Assembly: GCA_028023455.1 (NCBI GenBank)
Contig: JAQFVV010000004.1
Location: forward strand, 18,290,001 to 18,354,000
From: Epiperipatus broadwayi
Lineage: Eukaryota > Animalia > Onychophora
Length of the DNA stretch: 64,000 nucleotides
Direction of reading: 5' to 3'
The number at the start of each line of letters is the position of its first letter. Positions within the stretch are counted from its first letter, which is position 1. Under the pieces are notes generated by a model that made no database searches, was not told where the DNA came from, and saw only the letters and a list, made by a program, of their open reading frames with translations. Position numbers and translations under genes: made by a program. Positions 52,911 through 64,000 of the stretch are shown piece after piece.

Positions 52911-53574
52911 CAATTTTTTTAATGGATATAGTTCTTTCAAATGTTCTTTACTCTTAATAATTTTAATATGAAAAAAATTAAAAAACAAATCTGTTTACTT
53001 AAACAATATCAGCAATTCCACAATTTGTTTTATCTTTCTATGTAAGTTAAATAACATAAAAATAGCAGTTTTTTTTTTAAAAAAATAGAAATAATAAAGT
53101 TTGAATTTACTCTGATGACATATTTATTATTTTCTATAAAACCACGATATATTTTGTAAATTTTCTTATGTAAAAAAAATTAAAGAACTTTTTTGAGAGA
53201 GATGGCTATTTTTCATTTTCATCTCCCCCTTCAAATAAGTCCACTTGTATAAAATGGTGGAATACTAAGGCTTCCATTTTCAATAACATTTGAAAAACTG
53301 TTTTGTACTGCTGAAAACTTAAAAAACCTCTTTTGGATTTTGATGCTTTGATCAAAGCAGATTAGATAAATTATAGAGAAATAGAAAGCAAGAGCATTTT
53401 GGCCAACTAGTCTTTGAATAAGTATGTATATATAAATAAAATGAATTATTTAAAACATTTCTATTCTTTATAATTTCATTTGAAATTGAAAATTTGAATA
53501 TGGATTTTCAAAGTGCTTTGGATTCATTAATCCTTTTGCCACAAATTGAATTTTTTTTTTTCCATGTCAAAGAA

Positions 53575-53765
53575 TCATCCGGGAAGCTAATCCGCAACAA
53601 CTGCCTGCAAGGCAGCTGCACTGTCCTCTCGGCTACCAACCTTCGACTAAATATATATATATATTTGCATATATCAAAGCATCAGATGGGAAGCAAACCT
53701 GTGACAACTGTCTGTAAGCAACTACTTGCTTGCAAGGCAGCTGCGCTGACCTCTCGGCTACCAAC
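53575..53765 (-). repeat. Two tandem tRNA-like (SINE-head-like) degenerate copies
   Basis: GGTAGCCGAGAGGTCAGCGC resembles a Pol III A-box, followed by a CTGCC/GGCAG hairpin and degenerate B-box GGTTTGCTTCCC; a similar motif lies at about 3105-3160 (minus). Confidence 0.35.
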
Positions 53766-54604
53766 ATTTGAAGTTTCATTAAAAAAAGTTCACTTGAAGT
53801 TTCATTAAAAAGAGTTAAGATAGCAAGTTCAATTGTTTTTATAATCTTTATTTATTTAGTCACAGAATTACAGAAAACTAGATTAAATTCATGATCAACA
53901 TTATTCCCACAGAAATGTTTAATTGGTACAGTGCTTACTTTTATAAATTGTTAATAATTTACCATGCAGCCATGAACTATGCTGAATCTAATTACATGAC
54001 TTCAATTATACCTATCCAAAAAATATAAACAGATAAACAAACAAACCATTAAAATTAGCTATTGATATTTGTCAGTCATTTTTCCTTCTCTGAGCGCCAA
54101 GTTGAAAGCACATATTTCATTCTTCTAAGTTTTACAAAATTTTAGAATATATTAAAAAGTTGAAATTGTTTTAAAAATGTCAAAATATTTAGAGATCATA
54201 ATTTCTTTATAAGAGAACCAAAAAAAGTTATTAAAAAAAAAAAAGCCTAAAGTGTCTTTTAGTAACTATGAAAGTCATACATTTTGCTATTTATTTAAAA
54301 AATAAAAATATGATAGTTAGTTTTTCTTTCTTATTCTTATGGCTTCAACGAATCCATAAATGAACAAACATTGATCAATCATTAACGATAATAATAAAAA
54401 AAAAAATACAGATATCTAAACTCATTGGCATTTTTGAAAAAATCTCACATAATAAACTTATCATTTATTAATGTAGAGATTTTCAATACATATATAACCA
54501 ATTTGTAATTAATACATTATAATTTTATATTTATCATAGGTCACAATTTAGTTATTAATTGTAAAATCTTATGAGGGTCACTTAAATGCTCTCATTTAAA
54601 ATAT

Positions 54605-57005
54605 AAATAACTCAGATATGTAACTGAAAAGTGAAGCTTCCAATGATTTATATCACGTTTGCAATCATATCACAAACATTCATCAGCCCAGAAGTCAGAT
54701 CAATATCTCAGACCATAGATATATTAGAAACATATACTTTAATATAGCATATGACAATTCCACTTCATATACACATTTCTACAGAATCCCTAAGCTAATT
54801 TTTTTTAATCACAATTCTACCAAACATTATTGAAATATATAATCAAAGACAAAGGATTAATGATCCTCAAGATATGCATTTCATGCTGAACCTGCCCTTA
54901 TCAGTTGGCCCAGATTACAATCTCTTACACATATCTTCATTATTTGTTCAGTATATATCTAGATATCAAATTACTATAGTTTAATTGACAGGTTTCAAAT
55001 TTTCTGCAGTACAATATTAATACAAACCACAATAATGAAATATATTAATAAATGTTACTAATCATTTATGAATCTAGACATTATCGCTAACTCAAATTTA
55101 TTTTTTTAGGTCTTATCTAATGGATAATGTATCTGCAGTGGCACAGAGATATCAACACTAGATTCCTTGCACATTTCAGACCAGGTGAAGTCAGTATCCA
55201 CTTTTAATACCTTGTAGGGATTGTACTACATTTAGAGGATCAAAGCAGAGCTTTAGTTTCAACAACCTCTACATATGAAATGAAAATTCAGTTATATTAT
55301 AGGTCTCAGATTATATGTAACTCAAGCTTGCAAGGAGTGATATCATGTTTGCAATCCTATTACAATCATCCATCAGCCCAGAAGTCAGACCAACCTCTCA
55401 GACCATAGATACATAGTGATATCATGTTTACAATCCTATTACAATCATCCATCAGCCCAACCTCCGAGACCATAGATACATTAGAAACATACATTTTGTC
55501 AAGCAATTCATATAGCACATGTGACAATTCAACTTCATATACACATTATTTCAAGAGAAACTCTAAGCTTTTTTTTTTTTATTAATTACAATTCTATCAC
55601 ACATTACTGAAACATATGATAAAAATATGTGAAACGGATAAATGATCTCCACAATGCGCATTTCATGCTGAACCACCACTGACCCAGATCACAATCTCTT
55701 ACACAAATCTTCCTTTATTCAGTATATAACTAGATGGCAAATTACTAGTTTAAGTGACAGGTTTCAAATTTTCACAAGTATAATATTAATATAGACCACT
55801 GTAATGAAAATATATCAATAACTTACTAATCATTTATAAACCTAAACATTATCGCTATGATGGGATGCACTATTGGCTTCTTTTTTGGAGTCGGGAATCT
55901 CTCAGCTACCATGCCTAGGGAAATGTTAGCTACTTTACCTTCCCACCCTAAGTTTTTCCCCATATTTCTTCTCTGCCCTGCTCCATCCCATTTCCACAAC
56001 ATAATCTTTGTCAACTCCATGATCTTTATATCTAAATCTCCCTTATCTTTTCCCAAACCCAGCATAAAAAGCAAGAACTCACCTTCCATATAATTATTTT
56101 GTTTATATTTATTTTCCCACTTCATTAATTGAGCCCTTTCTCCTTGCAAGAATTTACATTCAATTAACAATTGCTTAATATTTTCTTTGCCTTCCTTACA
56201 CAACTTGCAGACTAAATCATTCACACTTTTCTATTTATGTGTATATTCCCTTGTTTAAAATCCTGTTCGAATCTTTAACAGTAAACTAGTTTCCTTGCTA
56301 TTATTACAAATTAACTCGCACCCAATATTCTGTTTATTTCTATATATATTTAAGCTCTTTTTACTCTCCAATTAGTTCTCTACCTCTCCAACTTCCTACT
56401 CTTTAATCCCATTCCTTGCAACTAGTACACTCAACAATTCTCCTAGCTCAAATAAGTTACTGTCTCTACCTTGTGTGAAACTTATCAACACTGTCAACAT
56501 GGTCAAGGAAATCAGGTGTTGACATGTCTATGCCGCTGCAGATACATTATTCATTAAATGACTTAAAATTTAAAAAAATCTTATTTCAGCTAGCGATAAT
56601 GTCTAGGTTGATAAATGATTAGTAATAGTTATTAATATATTTCCATTACAGCGATTTATATTAATATTGTATTGCAGATTTGAAACCTGTCAATTAAACT
56701 ATAGTAATTTTCTATCTAGATTATACTGTACAAATGATGAAGATATGTGTAAGAGATTGTGATCCGGACCAAAACTGAATCATGGTTCAGCATGAAATGC
56801 ACATCTTGGAGATAATTTCTCCTTTTCACATGTCTTTGATCATATGTTTCGTAATGTGTGATAGAACTGTAGTTAACATTAAAAAAATTAAGCTTAGGGT
56901 TTCTCTAGAAATAATGTGTATATAAAATCGAATTGTTACACGTGCTATAGGAATTGCTTGACAAAGTGTATGTTTTGCATGTATCTATGGTCTGACTTTT
57001 GGGCT
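54605..57005 (-). mobile_element. Family D cluster: about 700-bp tandem pair plus inverted arm, with degenerate hammerheads
   Basis: Units start near 54605 and 55305; about 56495-57005 is an inverted copy. Hammerhead relic at 54866-54908 (CCAA-CUGAUAA-GGGC AGGUUCA GCAU-GAAA-UGC-AUA); more decayed copies near 55650 and 56775. Region upstream of the motif is homologous to family C. Confidence 0.7.
55858..56443 (-). mobile_element. 3' fragment of the 48655-51560 LINE family, nested in family D
   Basis: CKLCKEGKENIKQLLIEC knuckle and 3' end match 48660-49160; splits family D sequence CATTATCGCTA|GCTCAAATAAG. Confidence 0.85.
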
Positions 57006-59960
57006 ATTGTTATATAAACAAAATTTCATGATATATTCTTCGGTTATCTTCTATCTTTATAGAAAATAAAATAAAACTAAGCCAATTAAAAAAAAGTGAT
57101 TTGAATGTGAAATGACATTAAATAATGATATTTCTTTAAAAAAAAAATTAATGGAGATAAACAAGAAAAAAGTAAACAAAATGTACTAATCTCAACAGAT
57201 ACAAAAGATAAAATATGTCTTTAAAAAAACATATTTAATAAAGATGAATGACTGAATAAAAATCTTACACAATTTTTAGAGTAGTAGTGAATATATCTTT
57301 ACTAGGCACGGTTGATAAAAAAATAAGGAAATCACCAACTATTGGTTGCAAATATTATTGCCAATGAGAATATTATGGCATTAAGACATTTAAATCATCA
57401 CATATATTTCTAAGTAAAAAACATCTATAAATATATTTCAACTTATGACTAGACTGTTCTGCAATTGAATTATAATAAGATCATAATCTGCTGTATAAAC
57501 TATCTGTACAAAAGGAAAAGCTATTATTACTAAATATCTACAATAGCAAACTATCATAATATCTTATATTTTTGGGCTAAAGAAAGACGTTAAACAAATT
57601 ATTAATAAGTAGAAATGAGTACAAATATTTATAATATACATTATCTATACAAAGTACCATATAATAAAGACAAGGGAAATAAAACCTTTGGTCATTTACT
57701 CACCTGTGAGCTCAATTTAATAAACAAGATTTTATTTCCTTTCTCTTTATTATATATATATATATAGTCAGCACTATAAATAAACTATTTATTAAAGTAC
57801 AATATAGTAAACTATTAAATGTAAAATATATACAGTATAGTTATAGCAGTACAACAGCTTATTTTTTGCGTATCATGTTACATCTGGCAAATCAATATGA
57901 TTATGACAGTTGCGCATAGCATAAATTATTAATAAGAAAGTTTGAAATTTTTATATAGTTAAAATATAAAGTATTATCATATGTTAGATATTGACTGTAA
58001 AATAATATTGCTGGTATTGTAAATGCATAATTTTGGATGGAATAACATGATTATCAACCACGGCATCTTGCAAAGGTTTGAGGAGATTTTCCTAGTTTCA
58101 AATCGGTATATATTGGATGAATGTAAATCAAAATATATGTATACAACTGAATCCCTGCATTTGTACAATCTGGAATATCAACCTGTATGATAAAATGCCT
58201 GAGTGTAAAAAATTTCTCATAGTTATATCCAGAGACAAAAAGAAATTGTAAAAAAAATTACAGTAATTTATTAATAAGGAAAATAAATGAATTACGTTAA
58301 CCCGTACGATTATTATTATTCTATCACAAATAAGGTGTTGGGCCCGGTAACGTTATATTTATGTGCGTTTTCCTAGAAACGCCATCAACTGTTTTCAATA
58401 TGCTAAGAGAACAGTACCCAAATCACCTCCCCATTACACTTAATTCACCACTGTTTACATTTTATTAAATAAAAGTGAATAATCAACATGGCAATTTAAA
58501 CATTGCTAAAACTAAGTGTACTGGACAGGTGATTTGCTTAATATTGAATGAAATGCAGTGTTAAAGAAAAATAATTAAACTGACATACTAATTTTATATA
58601 TAAAAAAAGTTTTATTTAACATTTTAAACTACAAACATTACAAAAAAAAAAGTGATGGTAAAAATATGCAAACAACATACAAACAATAGATATTTTGCAT
58701 AGCTATGTAAATCACAAAAACATGTGCCAGAGAAAAACATTAGACATTTCAGATTGATTCCAAGCCTTAAAAAAAGATGTTAAAAAAGTAATAAAATAAA
58801 AATAAGTATTTAATACATAAGTTTTAAATTATATTTATGGAGAGGAAATGAGACTTTCAAATAATAAATCCAACACATGACACAATTTACAATACACTTG
58901 TAATATATATATATATCATTGGAAAAAGAGGGGGGGTATTGGATAATAATCTAATTAACAATACAAACTTTTACAATTTTTTTAAACAAAATAATATTTA
59001 TATCTTCATATTATACTTTTAATAATATAAAGCAGCAGCTTCACAAGTTTGTGTCTAAGTATGTACCTTGAACCACATATGTAAATAATGATTAACTTTT
59101 AAGATATTTTAATGAAAAGAATAAAAACAATAAATAAAAGATTGGATTAATAATTATTAACTAAAAATTTAAAGAGTTTAATTTATAATCAAAAAATCGT
59201 AGATTAAATAGGAAAACAAAAGTAAACCAGTTTTCCTATTATAATTATCATTAAATATATTTTCCTTATCATTTCATTTATTTATTTTTAAATCAAATTT
59301 CAAAATTAAACAAAGATTACAAATGAGATAAGAGAAAAAAATTTTTTTTTTCATAGAATACTATCTAATCATAATTGATATATAAAATGTATTAGGAATG
59401 TCATTTTAATTTTTAATATGAATTAATATTACATCTACAATCTTATACATATGTACATACATATACTCACATTCCACATATATACAAATTTAATATATAA
59501 CTACAATTTTCTAGAACATATTAAAAATTGTAGAAGCAAATAACTTCTCCAAATTAAATTATTATTTCTTTCATTTTGTAATAAAACAAATATCAAATCT
59601 ATTACCTTCTTGACAATACCTTAGAGCTTAATCAGTTTATTGTTTAACAAAGTGCAAACAATGAGAAAATTAATTCTTATACCAAAATGTTGACATCATT
59701 ATTGAGAATATAAAGTTGAAAAGTATTTAACGGAATATAATATTTAAAAGTTCACTAAACATAAAAGACCACAAAAATGCTAAAATTTACTTATAACTAC
59801 ACAAAAGTGCAAGTAGAAAAACAACAACAACAAAAAATTACTCCATTATGTTAAATCTGCATTAGTAAAAAGAATCAAACAATATACATTTACTTCTGTT
59901 TTGTAATTTCATTTAACAATTAGTTATGACTGTAATAAAAGTATTCTGAATCTTTATTTA

Positions 59961-60021
59961 CAGTTCTGAGGAAGGGTGTTGTTCAGTTAAAACTGTCAGC
60001 TGAACTGGAGAATTTAATAAA
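59961..60021 (+). ncRNA. Degenerate Penelope-type hammerhead followed by AATAAA
   Basis: CAGUU-CUGAGGA-A-GGGUG UUGUU CAGUU-AAAA-CU-GUC-AGCUG: stem I fully paired; CCGAAA to TTAAAA is what CpG decay would give; AATAAA at 60016-60021. Confidence 0.5.
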
Positions 60022-62432
60022 CAATATTGCATGGTATTTATATCAAAATCTATTTAGTGACAAATAAATATTTGTTTTAAAACAATTACATTTAAATGCT
60101 ATTAATGTGAATGTATATATAAATTATTAGTTTCAATTATCTGCCAATAGATCACTGTGCCAATGATAGATATAAATATGCTTTATAATTGAAAACCTGA
60201 ATACATACACTTGAAATTATATTCCAAATCCATAAATGGATACACACAACTTTTATTCATATTGATTACACAAATGGATATTTTTTTAAATGACGTTTTT
60301 AATCAACACTTTAAATAAAAATCAGATTTTTAAAAGAAATCATCTAATAAAATGATAATTTCAAATGTTTTCTTATTCTTAAATTAGTGTATTTATCATA
60401 TTTGTAGAATTTCAAATGTTTTAAATTTAATTTGAAAGCGAAACAAATATATTGGCAATTGAGTATTTAGATTTCCCCAATTCTCTAGAAAAAATACACT
60501 TTCTAACACAGCCATATCTTCAAACTATTTTAAATAGTAGGATGAAAATATATATCATAGATTTATAAATTATAATTTAGAAAATTATCATTTTCCTCCC
60601 CATGTTATAACAATCAAAAAAGAAAAGAAAAAGAGTACATTTATAAATAAATATGCGTTCATATCAAAATTCTGTAATAATTTTAACAATGAATGAATAA
60701 AATGAGAAAACAAATGATCCAAAAAACAACCAAATAATACTAAAAACGTGGATTTAAAAAAAAAAAAAAGAATAAAATTATTTTGATTGGTTTTAATAAT
60801 TAATTTTCCTAAATTACAGATGACTAAGCCAGACTAAAGTGGTCTTGTTTAACTGCCAATATCCAGATAAATACTAATGCTGATAAATATTTTAACATAA
60901 ATGATTACATGTTGGTATATTTCATTTTCATGTTTGCAAAAATATTAAATGTCTTTGCTTGGGAAAAGTTCCCTTTTCCATTCTTTTCACATGGAGGGAA
61001 AAAAATACAATCAAAGTTATCAATAATAGATATTTTAGACATAAATCTTTTATAAAAATTGTAAAAATGGAATAGATAAAATTTTAAATTATAATACAGC
61101 TTGGTATTAAAATTCTAATTAAGACACCAAGCAATAAATACAAATACTATCCTGTGAAGAAGTTGAATACTATTCTTTCCAGAATTTCCATTTAACATAA
61201 ATTGAATTTTCTGTTAATATAAATTACAACAAAAGATGAGTGTAACTGAATCCAGTCATTTATGTGTGCACGAATAAACAGACACACATAGACATAAATA
61301 TATACATTTTAAAACAATATATATATATCTTTAGAAGGATATAATTGAAGATATATATAAGTATATATTAAATTATATATTAAAGGTTCGACAACAATTA
61401 TAATTAAAAAAGAAACACTTCAAATTATGCATATCTAATTAAATTTGTGTGAACATGTTAACAAATGTTGTGTACTTGCGCGTGTGTTACACACTAATAG
61501 CACACTATATATACCTATACATTTATTGTTCAATTGCTCTTTAACTTTTAAAAAGTTCTCTGATTAAAGCAAAAAAATATTAATAACAGAAAAAAAAAGA
61601 AGGAATGACATTAAAATTGTCATTAAAAAAAATATAATTTCTATTTAAAAAAATAAAATAAATAAGAGATAATAAATTAATTTACAAAAAACTTATTAAA
61701 TGAAGAGAAAAAAAAAAGTCAAAAATTCTAAAAATTTTATAAATATATAACTCCAACTGCTATTACTATTATACAGTTCTAATTTAATTTTGAACAATTT
61801 ACATCAATTGCTAACAGTACTTCCTTTCTTAAAACAACAAATTTTTAGCTTTTATAAGTGACCAACTTTAAACAAATACAATTCCTTTTACTTTGAAAAA
61901 AGTAACCATTCTATATATGATAATTAGAAGATTTTCATTGGATTCATAAATAAAAATATTGAAAGTTTTAATGGGAATTTTCATGTATTAACCAATTAAA
62001 AAACGGGCAGAGCAAACTAAAATCACTCATCTAGTAATAGTATTTGTCAGACCCACTTTTATTCGATGGTGTTTTGCAATGCTAGTTTCAAATTAGTTAT
62101 TGGTCTGATTATATCATAATTGAAATTTATGTAGCAAAATACACAGAAATTTCTATTAAAGCTTTAAATATATATATACACACACACAAATATGTGTAAT
62201 GTTTAATGATTTAGCATTAAAAATGAAACTTACGTAAATAAAATATGCAAATTCTGTTTTTAACCAATATATAAAGATGTGTTTTTGTTACAATATATAG
62301 TGTTCATTATAATAAAATAATGATTAAAAAACAATTAAACCCTATCTCACAATGCAACTTATTCAGCTGCTTGGCCCCTTAGAATAAAAATATGATTGTG
62401 GCAAGTAAGAATTGGTCCTTGGAGAAATTGGT

Positions 62433-62531
62433 CTAAGTTTTTGGACTCTTGGGAGCTGTCTTTTTCTTTGGTGAAGTTGTAGCAGAAGCCAAACGTAACT
62501 GAACTGTCATCAAATCATTATTAATTTCAGA
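62433..62531 (-). CDS. Probable last coding exon of an unidentified host gene that begins beyond the window
   Basis: Acceptor aattatttttattatttag, then the only open frame SEINNDLMTVQLRLASATTSPKKKTAPKSPKT-TAG; locally raised GC; AU-rich UTR-like sequence follows toward lower coordinates. Confidence 0.55.
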   Translation of the reverse strand, partial: SEINNDLMTVQLRLASATTSPKKKTAPKSPKT

Positions 62532-62872
62532 CTAAATAATAAAAATAATTAAAATATATTTATAACATATAAAACAATTTTACATATATTGTATACATCA
62601 AAATCAGTTTGATTATTCTATAGAAAACAGACAGTTTAAAAATAAAAAATAATTAAAGACTTAATTCTATATTAAATTGAATATATTAAGTCACAAAAAA
62701 TTAAAGTTTATTTTGGAAGTATTAAAAAAAACTTATCTATTTCTAACTTTACTTTTTTAGATTTATTTTCAAAATAAATCACATCTTTCTTTCTGATTTC
62801 CTTTTGTATATACATTATGTAATTGTCAAGAATTGTTTTATAACCCACCTCTTAATAAAATAAATAATTTTT

Positions 62873-63685
62873 GATACTTTTGCAGAAGCTGTACGATGGA
62901 AGATTGCCAACCATGTTTGTTTTAATTATTCATTTACAGGGCTATCAAAAATATTTTGCAAACAATATGGCTTACTAAAAGCTATCACATTTAATGTTAT
63001 TTTTTTAATAGGATTCTAAAAAACAACAACAACAAAAAAATACACACAACTACAAATGATTGTAATTAAAAGAAATTTAATATAAAAAACAACTGAAACA
63101 GCTGATCAAAGAAAGTATAGCAAAAATGTGTGATAAATTGGGTTCTTCATGTCAGCGGGCAGAAATCCTTAATAGCGGGCATCATAGCCACAAATACATC
63201 TTTATCTTTATGCAGTCGGTGCAACATAAATTCTGCTAAATAGGAATTGATGTGTTATTTCGCAGTTCCCCTGTACTTTTTGTTTCTTCTATCATTGGAA
63301 GATCCAAAATTTTAATCATTTCCACAAAAAAACAAGTAAAGTAAAAGCTCAAAAATAATATTACACTGAATATAATAAAATGCTGCCAAATAATGACAAC
63401 AATGTTCCCAACATGTTTATATTCATATACTATCATATACATAAAAAAAAATATTAATTATATGTCACGAAATGGAATTTATAACCCATTTAGTAATATT
63501 TTTTTGAAGGTAACAGTACCTTATAATTCATTTTCTTAATATTGTTTAATTTTAATAAGTAACACATGTTCGGTAAAATATTTTTGAGAAAATAAATATA
63601 AACAAACAGTTGAGGCCTCTGAAAATGGATACCTAAAACAATCATGGTTGGCGAATTTCCATCATACAGCTTCCACAAAAGTACC
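62873..63685 (-). mobile_element. Merlin deletion derivative retaining the transposase C-terminus
   Basis: About 65-bp imperfect TIRs G(G/A)TACTTTTG..GAAGCTGTA.GATGGAA...GCCAACCATG.TTGTTTTA; minus 63325-63140 encodes GS..RRNKKYRGTAK*HINSYLAEFMLHRLHKDKDVF, matching the ISXO2-type 'W...K......G.....L.SYL.EF..R' pattern; TSD not detectable. Confidence 0.75.
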
Positions 63686-64000
63686 CTTTATTATAGTTAA
63701 AAGAATAATCAATTAACAAAAATTATTACAAGTCATTCACAAATTAGCAGATAACAAAGATGAAAATGGAGTTTTTCAAATGTGAACAATAGTAAGAGAA
63801 AATCAGAATTAAAAATAGAAAAATTGAAACAGAACACTATTTCAACTATTTTATCCAGAAAAAAAAGACAATGACATAGTTGAAAATAATTTTAGTCTTT
63901 GTAAATCTCTAAATTATATTTAAACTCCAAACTTACCCAAGACATTTGGAGAAAGATGGCTTAGGCCAAATTGTGGTAGAATGAAACTTTTCAGTAATTG

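Overview
Very AT-rich (about three-quarters A+T by eye) eukaryotic nuclear DNA, probably from an invertebrate animal; arthropod-like is an inference from the repeat types. There are no prokaryotic genes, rRNA or CRISPR arrays, and no complete host gene is recognisable: only one plausible terminal coding exon (62433-62531, minus) and a chain of candidate minus-strand exons (40.7-44.3 kb). Most provided ORFs are antisense or low-complexity artefacts of repeats. The window is a transposon graveyard: decayed APE-RT LINEs, hAT and pogo/Tc1-mariner derivatives, a Kolobok-like MITE and three Merlin (IS1595/ISXO2-like) type elements. The most notable signal is a set of short (about 130-900 bp, plus one 2.4-kb cluster) non-coding insertions from at least four families that carry minimal type-I hammerhead ribozyme motifs. 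Most are flanked by 10-14-bp target-site duplications, and several share one architecture: an inverted 5' arm followed by a partial tandem of a 420-700-bp unit. This fits Penelope-like pseudo-LTR relics or non-autonomous retrozymes. The tandem at 30985-31707 keeps two core-intact ribozymes 458 nt apart and is a candidate source of a self-excising, possibly circular, RNA.
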